Made by a program: the position numbers and the translations under genes. Shown here piece by piece: positions 1 through 12,422 of a DNA stretch of 64,000 nucleotides. The notes below the pieces were generated by a model. It was not told where the DNA came from, did not search any database, and saw nothing but the letters and a program-made list of their open reading frames with translations. The stretch covers positions 6,140,001-6,204,000 of the forward strand of contig NW_024704743.1 of NCBI RefSeq assembly GCF_018977255.1, given 5' to 3'. This DNA is from Callorhinchus milii (Eukaryota). Within the stretch, counting starts at the first letter, position 1; every line of letters begins with the position of its first letter.

Positions 1-125
1 TTATATTTAGAAAATGGAAAACAAAAAAAATCTTAATTTTGTTGAAACTCTGCTATTGGAATAGTAATGTAATAATGGCTAACACTCTGTTTATAGTGCA
101 GTGCTGAATCTATTTGTTTCAACAG

Positions 126-269
126 GAGTCTTATGAACGAGCAAGGCAACTTTTGAAGACTCATGCAAAGGAGCACAAAACACTAGCAGAAGCTTTATTG
201 CAGTACGAGACATTGGATTTTAAAGAGATACAAATGGTTCTCGAGGGAAAGAGGCTTGAATTGAGATGA
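126..269 (+). CDS. YME1L1: Last coding exon of the ATP-dependent zinc metalloprotease YME1L1 (i-AAA protease, FtsH family)
   Basis: Follows acceptor tttcaacag and translates ESYERARQLLKTHAKEHKTLAEALLQYETLDFKEIQMVLEGKRLELR*, which matches the vertebrate YME1L1 C-terminus as I recall it (DSYERAKHILKTHAKEHKNLAEALLTYETLDAKEIQIVLEGKKLEVR*). Too short for the ORF track. Confidence 0.95.
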   Translation, partial: ESYERARQLLKTHAKEHKTLAEALLQYETLDFKEIQMVLEGKRLELR

Positions 270-476
270 CCTTCTCTGGGAATAGTGACTTGATCCATGA
301 CAATTAACCTGGCTGTATATAAGTGGAAGAACGGTAGCCCCCTGAACGAATGCTCTTAAGCGGATTTATTCTAAGGGCATTGTTAATATTGTCAGTTGAG
401 GTGAATTACGCAGTTGGAATGACCTAAAAGTTGTCCCCTGGAAATGTTTTTCACAGTAGCTTAACTGTGCCCATAG

Positions 477-482
477 AATAAA
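477..482 (+). promoter_or_regulatory. Candidate polyadenylation signal (AATAAA) for YME1L1; an alternative lies at 1140-1145
   Basis: AATAAA about 200 nt after the stop, followed by GT/T-rich sequence. Confidence 0.4.
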
Positions 483-1262
483 CAGATGAGTTTTTAAGTG
501 ATTGTACATTTATGAACATTTTACCCCACCCTCTTCACTCCCCACCCTGATTTGAATTTAGAAATGGCTGTTACAATGCACAATGAGTGCTGCGAGCATT
601 GGATCATTCTCTACTATTATTTTGATATATTTAAGTTTATTTGTGCACGCATAGCTGAGATACAATTTGGTGAGCAAGAGCAATTAATACCAGATATAAG
701 GAGATATCTCAGGGCTGCTTTCATTGTTGAATCATTCAGGTATATGTCGTGACTTGTATTTATCATTTGGATTGCCACTAGGCATTCGAGCCTTCCATTA
801 TCGTTTTCTCTATTCCAGATATTTCTGATGATAGTAACTAAAGGGGGAATTCATGCAGAAGATAGGGATGTGTAGAGGCTGTAGAATTTTTGTTTCGCTT
901 GAATTATTACTAGCTACAAGAACTCTCATTTTGCTTTGTCTTAAATGTAAGTGGGTACTGGGCCATATGTGTAAACGCAGGAGTTGACAAATAATCACTT
1001 CCCATCTACTGTGCTGTATTGTAAGCATTGGAAACAGTACAATGTATAGAAAGCTTAAATTCTTTATTGAAGTTGTACCTTTTATTTTGAATAAGCAGTA
1101 AGGAGTTTTGAATTCAAGATTTCTATTGGCTCCTGCTAAAATAAAGAGATCTCATCAGTTTCTGCTTCTTTACATTAAAATTTCTAAAATTGAATACTGA
1201 TAACACTGCCATTGCCCCAGGGGTGCTAAACATCTGCTTCAAATCAATTGCTTGAGCAATGC

Positions 1263-1385
1263 TGCTCAAATCGAATCACGTGTTTCATATGAACCGAAGT
1301 GGAGTTTTGAGGTGGAACGTTTTTCAGACATTTCAACTCAAAATCACACTTTAGTTCATGTGAAACACGTGATTTGATTTGAGCA
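1263..1385. repeat. Long imperfect inverted repeat (hairpin), about 58-bp arms and 7-nt loop
   Basis: The left arm tgctcaaatcgaatcacgtgtttcatatgaaccgaagt... matches the reverse complement of the right arm, tgctcaaatcaaatcacgtgtttcacatgaactaaagt... Confidence 0.9.
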
Positions 1386-1529
1386 CTTTGGGATGTCCTC
1401 CCGACGTGAAAGGCGCTCTATAAATGTCATTTTGTTGTCACAAAACAATCAATCCAGTCGTGTGGCAGAAAACAGCATTTTCCTAACCAGGAAAACAAGT
1501 GTTAAATAAACCTTAAAACAGTTCGTAGC

Positions 1530-1912
1530 TTCTGAGTCAGAATGTTGTGGGTTCAAGCCCTACCTTGGGATTTGGATCTCATAAAGGCAAAGCTGATACT
1601 CCAATCCACGACTGGGATTGTGCTGCCTTGTTGGAAGTGCTGTCCTTTGGATGAGATGTTAAACTGAGACCCTGTCCACATGGACTTTAAAGATGTGGCA
1701 CTATTTGAAAATCGTTTCTCCCAGTGTCCTGACCATAATCCCCCAAATAAAATTATTCACTCACTCCATGGCTGTTTGTGGGATATTACTGTACTCAAAT
1801 TGACTGCCACATTTGCCCACAAAACACAGTCACTGCACTTTACAGTATATCCTGTAAATCGCTTTGGGATGTCCTGATGTGAAAGATGCTATGCCAAATA
1901 CAAGTATAATTA
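1530..1912 (+). mobile_element. Deu-domain SINE (SacSINE1/AmnSINE-like) with L2-derived tail
   Basis: B-box-like gggttcaagccc, Deu core gtgctg...tttggatgagatgttaaactgag, tail gctttgggatgtcc...gtgaaag...taataata. Confidence 0.75.
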
Positions 1913-1974
1913 ATAAGCCTCTTGTAACAACTTGGATAAATGTACAACTGAGTGGTTGGTTCCCCAAGTGCGGC

Positions 1975-2430
1975 ATCGTGGTTTTACACCAGATCAACAG
2001 TCAATGAGTAGGGATATGTGGGCAGGGGAATGGTGGCAATTCTCTCACACATTTCATGCTGAAATGTGTTGCCCCCAAGTAGTTTTTGGTATTTCATGAG
2101 AGATGAAACTTGCACTTGTTGGATGTCAAATGACCAACCGATGAGTGTCCTCGGTGGTGGTGGGGGGGGGGAGAGGTTAAGGGGAGTATTCTTCGACTTG
2201 AACTGGCTCCAAGGTGACATTCTTGGCAACGGACTGTCAGAATTAAGTCAACTGTGGTTGACTTGGTATCTTGGTAGCTGAAGATGGACTCAGCTTGGCT
2301 TAGTGGTCAGATTTGGAAGGGCAGACCAGTCACTGCGGATAGGGATGCTTCCCTCTCAGCTCCTGTTAACCCTGAAAGCCTTAATGATGATGGTATTTGG
2401 TTTCTGCATGTGTCAATACTCCCAGCTGAT
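1975..2430 (+). mobile_element. 3' fragment of an unassigned non-LTR retroelement (family also at about 21745-21960, 26150-26440, 36560-37190 and four times in 51.7-58.9 kb)
   Basis: Shares a coding remnant LTHFML(K)C with about 36870-36900, and a 3' motif (gggcagaccagtcact...ccctctcagctcctgttaaccctg) with the other copies. Confidence 0.45.
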
Positions 2431-3063
2431 CATTAAAAATAATACAGTAATAACCCTTGCCTTTTGATATAGCGCCTCCATCGAGAGGTCTCAAACCACT
2501 TCGCGGGATACACTATAAAACGAAATGACTGTATTTTGTGGGTGAAATGTGGCAGCCAGTATACACACAGCAATGCCCCACAAACAGCCATGGAGTGAAT
2601 GATCAATTTTATTTGGGGGATTTGTGGTCCAGAGCACCAGCACTATTCGCAAAGAGTGTCCTAGTCAGCTGGGTGTCTTGACAGATGCAGAAACCCACAA
2701 CTATGCTAAACCAGCTTAAGAGATGGAACTTAGTGTCGGAAGCTGAGGTTGAAGCACAAAAGCATCAATGTATTTAAGAGGAGATTAGGTATGCATGAGG
2801 AGAAGGGAATAGAAACATATAGGAGAGGGGATTAGGATAAGTAAAATTAGGAAGCCACTCCTGCCCTTGCACAGTCACTTGTAATGATATACATTTACTT
2901 TGTGGCGTCCCTTTGGGCTCTATTCTTACACTTCTCCAGTTCCTCATCTACATTTCCCTTCAGGTTGACATCATCTGCAGGCATAGGGTCCACACCCACA
3001 TGTATGTGGATGACTCTCAGCTCTACCTTTCTGTCTCCACTCTTCACTCAAAGATCCCTGCTG

Positions 3064-3230
3064 TGGAGTCAGTGGTTAAAGCACTTGGCTCGCAAGCAAG
3101 AGACTTGGGTTCGATTCCCAGCAGGGCGAAATGTTGAGCAAGTTTTCTTGCTCCACACGCCTCTGTTTACCTAGCAGTAAGTAAGAATCTGATTGTTAGT
3201 CGATTGGCGGATCGCTTTTCGGGGGTAATA
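3064..3230 (+). mobile_element. tRNA-headed SINE, second subfamily (core tctgtttacctagcagtaa...gttagtcgattggcggatcg)
   Basis: A/B boxes cagtggttaaagc and gggttcgattccc. The same core occurs at 51460-51620, 57095-57190 and 58140-58300. Confidence 0.65.
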
Positions 3231-3254
3231 ATTGTTAGTATTTGTCACCATCAC

Positions 3255-4940
3255 TGTCAAAGCCATTTTGGATCACTACTTCATCTCCCATAACTCCTCC
3301 ATCCCACTCCCACCCCCTACCCACCCAACCAACCTGTATCTCCTACCACTCATGGAAAAAAAATCTTCCCTCACTCCGCTGCTCTGGAGTTATCTGAACT
3401 CCTGCCCCTCTGGCCCTCCTCTCACAACAACCTACCCTCTTCACTTGCTCTTCTCCACTCTTCCATCCTTGACTCCCTTACCCCACACACCTCACAAACC
3501 GCCTCCTACTCCATTAAATCCCCTGGTACACCAGCCTCCAATCTCTCAAAGCAAAGTCCGTAATGGCGAACACACCTGGATCAAATCACACCTAACAATC
3601 CATCAGCAGATCTGGCTAAACCATACCAAGGCCTACCACACTGCCCTCACCTCTGCCAAATCAACCTTCTACGCCAAGATAATCTTGGAGGCCAAGTTCA
3701 ACCCCAGGCTCCTCTATTCCCACCACTAACTGTTACTGTCCACCTTCCCACACCTCACCCATCCTCTCCAATTCCAACTGCGATGAGATGTTGGACTTCC
3801 TCAAGTCCAAAATTGAGGGGATTCTCTCAGCTACCTCTTCCCTGTCTACCACTACATCTTCCCCATCTCCCCCTCACACCCTGGCTACTTTCCACCCCTC
3901 CCAATACACCTTCGATCCCATCTCCCTTCTCTTCCCTCACCTCCATCATCTTAAAAAATGAAGCGTACCACTTGCTCCCTCAACCCCATCCCCACTCCTC
4001 ACCTCCCAGTTCCACCTTCTGGCCCCTCTTTTAACCAACATCATCAACCTCTCTGTATCAACTGGCATTGTTTCCACCCCTCTAAAAGCAACTGTCATCA
4101 ACCCCAGCTTCAAAAAAACTTCCCTGGGCCCATTACTATTCTTCAGCTACCGCCCCATCTCCAACCTCCCTTTCCTTTCCAAGGCCCTGGATTGAGTTGT
4201 CACGGCCCAGCTTCACTCTTTCCTCTCCCACCATTCCCTCTATGTACCTTCCAATTGGTTTTCCGTGCTGCCCACAGCATGGAAACACCCTTGTCAAATT
4301 AGTAATGATATTCTGTCCGTCTGCGATCAGGGTTCTCTCTGCCTCCTTGTCCTCTTCGACCTCTCTACTACCTTTGACACTGTTGACCATTCTATCCTCA
4401 TCCACCACCGCTTTTCTCAGCTCAACCTTCACAGACCTGCCCTTGCCTGGCTCAAATCCTACCTCTCACACTGTCTCCACTTTGACTCCACTAATGGCTT
4501 CTCCTCCAGTGCCCACACCGTCACGTGTGGTGTCCCTCAGGGCTCTGTCCTTGGCCCCCTGCTTTTCAACGTTTACATGCTCCCTCCTTTGTAACATCAT
4601 CCGTGGTCGTGGGGTCAACTTCCACATGTATGTGGATGACATCCAACTTTACCTCTCCACCTCTACCCTTGACTCCAGGAGGCTGCCCTCACAGATTGCC
4701 TGTTGGACATCAAGTGCTGGATGAGAGCAAACTTCCTCCAGTTGAATATTAACAAGATCGAGACCCTCCTGCTTGGCTCCCGTCAGCGCCTCCATACCTC
4801 GGGCGCTGACAGCATCACCCTTCATGGATGCACACTAAACCTCACGGAGCCAAATGGAACCTCAGCGTCCTGTTCGATCCTCAACCATCCTTTATGCCCC
4901 ACATCCGTGCCATGACCTGCTTCTCCTTTCCCCACCTCTG
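3255..4940 (+). mobile_element. Decayed L2-clade LINE ORF2 (RT) fragment
   Basis: Frameshifted motifs [48 protein letters not shown]. Confidence 0.9.
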
Positions 4941-5322
4941 AACGTTTTCCTGCAAAAAGTAATTTTGAGGTTAATATGTAAACACTTCTTTCAATAATCC
5001 AGACAATTGCAAACATCATTAAAACATTTGTTTCATTAAAGCAATCACAAAGACATGCAGTTTTATGACTCATTATTGCAGTATGTATCAATACATGCAG
5101 TATTCCCATACCAGATGTGCTGTTTGGAAGGTGCAGAGGTGGGTGCTTTTGATTAGTTTTAGAACCGATGTTGCAAAACAATTTTGAGGCAATGTGCCCA
5201 AAGATGTGAGGGTCTGGCTGCTGGACCAAGAGATGGAGACCTTTAGACAAATGTATAACTGTGAGAAAACTCTGGTTCTGTGCAGCAGACTGTGGGTGAG
5301 AGGACACAGTGTCCATAAAGAC

Positions 5323-5552
5323 CAGTGAGAGACAACCTGTGGTCCAGGGGCCGGAAGTGGCCCATGGGGCTGTCAAGAAGTGGCTCCCAGAATCTTCGTA
5401 CAAGTCTGCGTAAGTCCGTGTTTGATTGGCAGTGTGTTTTAATTTTTTTCTTGACTGAATATTTCTTGATTATGGCATAAATCAAGAAGTATTCAATCAA
5501 GAACATTTTTGTTGTTGATTGAATACCGACCATAAAGTATTGGTCACCACTG
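5323..5552. mobile_element. Degenerate hAT-type MITE
   Basis: Ends CAGTGAGAGACAACC...TGGTCACCACTG with a GGCC-rich subterminal motif; the putative target-site duplication (ccata(aa)gac / ccatagtc) is imperfect. Confidence 0.4.
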
Positions 5553-5569
5553 CCATAGTCTCTATGTCT

Positions 5570-6291
5570 CAACAACAACAACAACAACATTCGATTTATA
5601 GAGCGCCTTTCACGTCGGGAGGACGTCCCAAGGCGCTGTACAGTTGGGTCAGGACCTGAGCAGGGGGGAAATGGTCAGGGTGAGGGGAGGGAAGGGAGGG
5701 AGCGAGGAGGGGGTAGAAAGTCGAGAGGGGAGCTGAAGGCACGGTCAAAGAGAAAGGTCTTGAGACCGGCCTTGAAGGAGGAAAGGGAGGAGGCAAGGCG
5801 AAGGCACTGGGGGATAGAGTTCCAGAGCCTAGGGGCTGAGAGGCTGAAGGCCCGGCCACCGACGGTAGGGCGGTTGGGGTGGGCGATGTGGAGCAGACCA
5901 GAGCCAGAGGAACGGAGGGTACGGGCAGGTAGGGGGATAGTAGGTCGGAGAGGTAGGAGGGAGCGAGGCCGTGAATGGCCTTGTAGGTGAGGATGAGGAT
6001 CTTGAAATCGATCCTCTGGGGGATGGGGAGCCAGTGGAGGCGAGCGAGGGTGGGAGTGATGTGGTCCCGAAGCCTGGTGCGGGACAGTACACGAGCTGCA
6101 GCGTTCTGAATGACCTGCAGTGTGGAGGGAGGTGCCGGGAAGGCCGACGAGGAGAGAGTTCCCATAGTCCAGCCTTGAGGGGATAAAGGCGTGGACCTGA
6201 GTTTCAGCAGCGTGAGGGGTGAGGTAGTGCCGTAGTCTGGCGATATTCCGGAGGTGGTGGAAGGCGGTGCCAGTTGTGGCGCAGATATGAG
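5570..6291 (-). mobile_element. Young L2 LINE 3' end (5'-truncated) with (TTG)n tail
   Basis: Encodes [48 protein letters not shown]; near-identical to the copies at 46215-47800 and 59261-60929. Confidence 0.95.
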
Positions 6292-6348
6292 TTTCTATGT
6301 GGACACTCTCTTCACGGTCACTAGGTGGCGTTTTGATACATGATCAAA

Positions 6349-6954
6349 AAAGTGCCCCTCAACAGAGAAGATAAACTGATCAAATTTAGTGTTTTATCCT
6401 CTTCTGGCACTTATGCCACAGGGGAGGTTCTATAGGACACCGAGTAGGTAACTGATGAAAGTAATATCTCATTTGAGCAAATGGTCCTTACAATGTTGTG
6501 GATTTGCATGCCAAACCTCAAGAGAACAAAATGAGTGGTCCCACAAAACAAAGTGTACACATTGAATTGGATGCAATTTGCATGCATTCAGCGGATTACT
6601 TCCCAGTTAGTGTCTCTGATCTAAACTATGGGAAGACGTTGTACTGGAGCAAAAGTGTGATTGGTGGGCACAATCTCGTGGCTCTAGACTTCAGTGGTAC
6701 AGTCACTGCTGTTGGCAGTGATGTGAAGAGTTGTAAAGTGGGAGATCATATTGTTGCATGTTACCCGGTTCCTGCAGCTTCAAATGTCAGCCTTAACTAC
6801 AACTGCACTTATATAGCACCTCCCACACAGGGTAGGGTCCCAGAACGCTTTATTCTACAGCAAACTCATTTCTTACTTACCTTGTCCACTATAGGCGAAA
6901 CCATGGGCTTGTGGAGCAGTTGTAAATACACTCAGTTGTAAATAATGCATAAAT
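6349..6954 (+). pseudogene. Internally deleted relic of the PKS last exon (four collinear pieces)
   Basis: 6349-6482 matches 40753-40886 (with two in-frame TAG); 6481-6794 matches 42042-42356; 6851-6918 matches 43494-43561; 6930-6954 matches 44145-44169 (stop codon and start of 3'UTR). A short reversed LINE/SINE tail fills 6795-6850. Confidence 0.95.
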
Positions 6955-9329
6955 TAACATTGCTGCCCCTCCCTTTAGTTATAAGAAATTTACATTTATG
7001 CGTATTCTGGTGAATGATGTTTATTAAACACGTACCACTCAAATGACTGTTATCTGTGGCTTTTAGCTTTGGACTAATATGAAATTCATTTTGTTGCAAA
7101 GTCTAATAGAATAAATATTGTGCATTCAGTTACAGTGAATCATTTCAAAATCTTACATTACAATCGGGAAGCTGAAAAAATAATCAGATATCTAATCGGT
7201 TACCCTGTAAATCTGGACGTGTTGTTACTGTTGTAAGATTATATTTGTGATAATTACTGCTTTTAAGGCTTTTAATTAGTCTTTATATAATTTTTAGAAT
7301 GTAACCAAACACTTATAATCTTTTTAGTATAGTATTTCTTAGTTACTAGAGCTTGGACAAGGTTGTTTGTTTTAATGACTAGCTTAGGGCTCCTGAGGGG
7401 GTTCATGTGCTAATTAGTGTTAGCAAAGGTAAAGATATATTAGTTTGACTCTGGCTGAGGTCAGGCTCTGATAACATTCTCTCGTTTGGTTCCTGGTACA
7501 TGTCAACCTCCTATCTGAGATTGAGAAATCGGCTTATCTCAAGACTAAGAAACAGGGAGCTGGCAGACGCCTCCCAAAAGCTGTCAATCTTCTTCTGATT
7601 GCAAAACAGTCGCTGGCAGCTTGAGAAGTGGGGCTTTTCTCAGAGGAAAAACTAGAGAAAAAGGCGGAGAAAATGTAAATCTGTTACAAGGGGAAGCGGA
7701 GATAGAAACACTTAAAAGAGAAATGTAAGTTTGGAATAGTTATAATAAATAATAATATAGTTGAAGTCGTTGTAGAGGGTCGGCACTTCCCAGTGGAATC
7801 AACATTGATTTTACTGTATGTACGGTCTCAGTTTTAAGAATAAATTGAGCAATTTGTATTGCTTAATAAACTTTGGATTATTACACAACCATATCAGTCG
7901 TCTCCATCCGAATCTCAGCGGAGGTGCTTTATCTATTGTCTGTGCTTCCTTCACATTTTCTTTTTATAAATGGTCAATGTTTAAGTCAATGTACATTGTG
8001 GTATTGTTTTCATTTTGATTTTTTGCAAACGCACTGGTAATAACTGGTATTCCATTCAATAATTGCTCTGTATCAGATACATGTGTAACAGGCACAATAA
8101 AGGTGATCATCTGCTAAAAGCACAAAGCATGATCAAAGTATTTTATTTATACTTTTTAAATTACAAATTTAAATTAAATGACAATGTAAAATATGAAACC
8201 AACTAATCTACAATAAGCAAATCATTAACACAGTGCTAAAGATTGGAACAAAGTAGAAAAACACTTTATGTTAATAAAACTAAAGCCATCCTGCATGATG
8301 AATGATCAACCAGTGACTGTCCTGGTGGGGTGGGTGATCAGGGTCTCATTGGGCCTCATCTGTCTGCAAAATAATGTGGTAGGAAAATTGGAATTGAGTT
8401 TTTCCCTGTGTGACAGTCTTGGTAGTCTGGTTACTTAGCTAGGTGGGGTCAAGGTACTCTGTAGCACAGTTGATGACAGACTATCCAGTCTGGCTTGCCA
8501 GTAGGATGTGGAAAGTCAGACTAGTCACTGGGGGTAGGATTTCTTTCCACTCATCTGCAAGCCCAAACTCCAAAAAGTGGGATGGTTCTATGTGAACATA
8601 CAGGCGATATAGCGAGAAGTTTGACAATCAGTGTGCAATGATAAGCTGTGCAGTTTGACCAAGTTAACTTTCTAGAGTAACCTGGGATTCTGTGATCTTC
8701 TGGAAGCACTTTATGGGATCCCCAACAACAGCATTTATATATTAAAAANTTATATAATAAAAGCACCTTGCACATTGGGAGGACATCCTGAAACCTCTTG
8801 CCAACCTCCACTTGATATTTTACGGAATTTGGTATATAATAATAGTAATCCTTGCATTTGATGTATCACTTTTCATCTCTTCGAGACATAAGCAGGGTGT
8901 GTTCCATTTTAGACAAACAGAAATGTCTCTGGGTATGTGACATGTTTATGTGGAAGTCTATGTCTGGTTTGGATGATCTTAAGCATGGCAATGGGTTTAC
9001 ACGACTCGGGCATCTGACTGACCCCCCCAAAAAATGTGTAAAGGATCCTCTCCTTCCTGCTCAGTGTTCCTCTTTATAAAGCTCTTCAAGACATCATCCT
9101 GTATAGGTAGACCTGCTATTATAGGGCAGCCCTAATGTTGCATGCCTCATCATCGGGCAAGTCTGCTTCATTGATCTTCTGCACAACTCTGCCATTCTCA
9201 AGCTCTTACCTCCAGATCCAGAAATGCCTCTTAACCCTTCAAGTCTCCCTGGTATAGCGAGCACCTCGGTTCCCTCAGTCCAGCACTCATGTAGCGCTTT
9301 AAATCTGACCTGACAGTCCTTTGCTAGAT

Positions 9330-10375
9330 TTGGCTGGACCACACCAAAGTCTACTGCTGTGCCCTCGCCTCAACCAAATTGGTTTTCTACTCCAAGATCA
9401 TCCTGGAAGCCACCACCAACCACATCCTCCACTCACCCTCATGTGCTCCCTCCATCCTCCTCTCCAACTCCAAATGTGAGGAAGTGATGGACTTCATTGG
9501 TTAAAAGATTGAGTGGATTTGCTTGGCTGCGTCTGCAACTCCCTTCCTCCTAACCTTTGCTTCCACACGTTACACCTGGTCTCTCGCTCATCCTCTCCAT
9601 CCTTGTCCCTCTCCTTCCTCATCCTTCCCCTCATCATCTCTCACATGGAATCCACCACCTGCTCTCTTGATCCCATCTCACACCATCCTTGGTTACACAA
9701 CTTTCCCATCTCATGTCTTTGCTAGTTAACATCATCAATGTCTCCACTTGCACAGTGCACCTCCTTTCAAAACCACTGTCATCAATCCCCTTCTGAAGAA
9801 ATCCTCATTTGACCGTTCCATACTCTCCTGCTACTCACCCATTTCCAACCTACCCTTCCTGTCAAAGGTGTTGGAATGAGTCCTTGCTTCCCAATTTTGC
9901 TCTTTCCTTTTCTGACTATTCTCTCTTTGAATCCCTCCAAACAGGCTTTCACTCTACCCATAGCATTTGGACTGCCCTGGTTAAGGTCACCGATGATATT
10001 TGATCCACCTGTGAACAAGGCTCCCTTTGCTTCCTTGTTATTGACCTTACTGCCGCCTTTGATGTCATTGACCATTCCATTCTTCTCCACAGTGTCTCCT
10101 TCTTCCACGGATCTGTCCTTTCCTTATTTTACAATTTTGTATTCCAATGGCTTCTTCTCCAAACCCCTCACAGTTACATGCAACGTTTCTTCGGGCTCTA
10201 TCCTGGATCATCCCCTTTTCATCATTTACATACTCTCACTCAGTGAAACCATCTGTAGATTTGAAGTTCCACACGTGTGCAGGTGACACCCATCTCTAGC
10301 TTCTGCCTCTAACATTGATTCCAGAACTAATGCAGTCGATTGTCTGAAGACATTAAAACTTGAATGAGCTCCCTG
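9330..10375 (+). mobile_element. Old decayed L2 LINE fragment
   Basis: Remnants [36 protein letters not shown]. Confidence 0.8.
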
Positions 10376-10722
10376 ATTGTAAAGTCTATTTCCCAGGATT
10401 AAAAGTGGCATTTCAACTCTGCACATCACTAAAAGAAGTTGGTTTCCTGTATTTGTTTTAATCAATGATATGCCTCAAGCAACAACCGATAAGCAGAAAC
10501 AGCAACATAAGGAAAATGTTATGAAATGGCACAGATTTCACTCCTGCTGGGTAGAAAAAAATGACAATATTTAGAAAATATTGTGCGGGGGAATTTAGTG
10601 CTAATTCATGCACAAAATTATTTCTATGTCACATTGATTTTCTCAAGATTATGGTCTAAAAATGATAGTAGTATTATGTATTTCAAAAAATATAAAATAC
10701 TAAAAAAAAGTCAAAGTTATTA

Positions 10723-12422
10723 CTAGAAACAATCTGGATCAATCATACCAGCTGCCATGAGCTCTCGGATTTTAATCTGATATGGAGTAGCTACGGGAAA
10801 ATTATTTGGTATCTGAAGCTCATAGCTTCTCTGACTCACAATTATACAACTTGCCATTCCATTTGGTGATGGATTTATTTTGTCAACTTTTCGCTTGCTG
10901 CTCATTCCAAAAAATGTCAGAAACACCGGCATAAATACGAGGCCATGAATTGCACCAAACAATATGACAAGAAACATGATTTTGAAAAATGTCCGAAATA
11001 TGTAAATGTTTGCAGCAGCCAACACAACAACACCCAGAATAGTGGAGAGCGCCCCCTGGATAATGGGATAGCCAAGAGTGTACAATGCTTCGATGGTACG
11101 TTCATTGGCACTTGCTTTCTCATTTGAAACAAATGCATAGGAAATATGGGCTGTGAAGTCAACTGAAAACCCAATACAAATAACCAGATTAATCATAGAT
11201 ATGGAGTCCAGATTAACATCCCACAGAGCCATGAAACCAGCCACACCAGCTAAAATAGAGGCGACAGCTAATGTCACCCACACAGAACAAATTGGATTCG
11301 GAATTAACAACAAGGCAACAACCAGCATTGCACCTGCTGCCACAGCCACATTCTGTATTGTGTTGATCTGTATAACAAGATATTGATCAAAGTAAATGAA
11401 CGCTGAATGATACACTTGTAAAGGGATTGTACAGCTCTCGGCCAGATCTCTCAGTTCAGTCATCATGTTTTTTTCGGCAATTGAGTCATTGACATTTTTG
11501 GTCTGAATAAAAAACCGTGATGCTGTTATGCTTTTATTATCTTGTGAGAGTTCAATATCTTGTTGAAACAAAGGGACAATCTTAAACAATTTAGGTAAAT
11601 TTGTTATGAAGGAATCAGACGCCGTTATGTCAATAGACATCAGTTTAGAAATGTCAATGTATGTTCGAAGCCAAGACTCTGATAGCTCTCTATCTACATA
11701 AATGTTATTTTCAAATTTGCCCATACAGCGTTCAATTTCAGTCTGAACACTGGTGTTCCAATAGTCCACTGATTCTGAGACTGATACCATGACCCGAGGT
11801 CCATATTGTGAGAAAAACATATCTTCATGGTCATAGAATTTAATCACATATGAATTGTCAGTGGCCAGATTTCTAAGATCAAATCCTTCCTGTAACTGGA
11901 AACAGCCATAGATACCACCTGCCAAATACCCTGCATACAGCAGTACCACAAATACCTTGGTCCATATAATAGTGAGGAATGGGCCATAATATTTCTTAAA
12001 GAAGAGATAAATTGGATGCTCTGTTTCAGCACCGGACATCTCATCATACTCCCCACCAACACAGCACATTCCATAGAATTTCGATTCTCCTGGTTGATGG
12101 TGCATTTGAATCTTCCTGAAAGTCAGCCAATGCCTGTTACTGTTTTCTCTTCTCCCATTCAGTGCCAGAACCGCCCCAAAAAACGTAATGTTGTAAATGA
12201 AGCAGAACAAAACGGTAGTACCTGTATACAAGCAAAATGACTGCACAGATCGAAAAGGTGTCATGACACCAATGTAAAAGGCTATCACATCAGTCAGAGT
12301 CGTTATGGTAATGGAAGAAGCAGCTTCAGCATATGTGGCTGCCATGCGATCTTCGATTTTAGCATGAACCTTTGTCTTCTGCCAACTGGAGAGCATAATG
12401 AACATGTCATCAACACCAATAC
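10723..12422 (-). CDS. PTCHD3: PTCHD3-like exon 4 (last): end of sterol-sensing domain, second luminal loop and C-terminal transmembrane bundle
   Basis: Acceptor tctatag|GTATTGGT (phase 1), open to TAG at 10723. Contains GIGVDDMFIM, SITITTLTD, LDSISMINLVICIGFSVDFTAH and FRTFFKIMFLVILFGAIHGL, typical of Patched-related proteins. Confidence 0.93.

Noticed and set aside
6498..6941. 147-aa ORF as a standalone enoyl-reductase-like gene
   Set aside because: It is a chimera of deleted PKS pieces and a repeat tail, starts at GTG, and the upstream piece has in-frame stops.
7233..7930. Possible LTR (TG start, AATAAA near the end)
   Set aside because: No second copy, target-site duplication or defined CA end visible.
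8749..8749. Single N within an AT-rich stretch
   Set aside because: Assembly ambiguity with no biological meaning, although it shows the base calls are imperfect.
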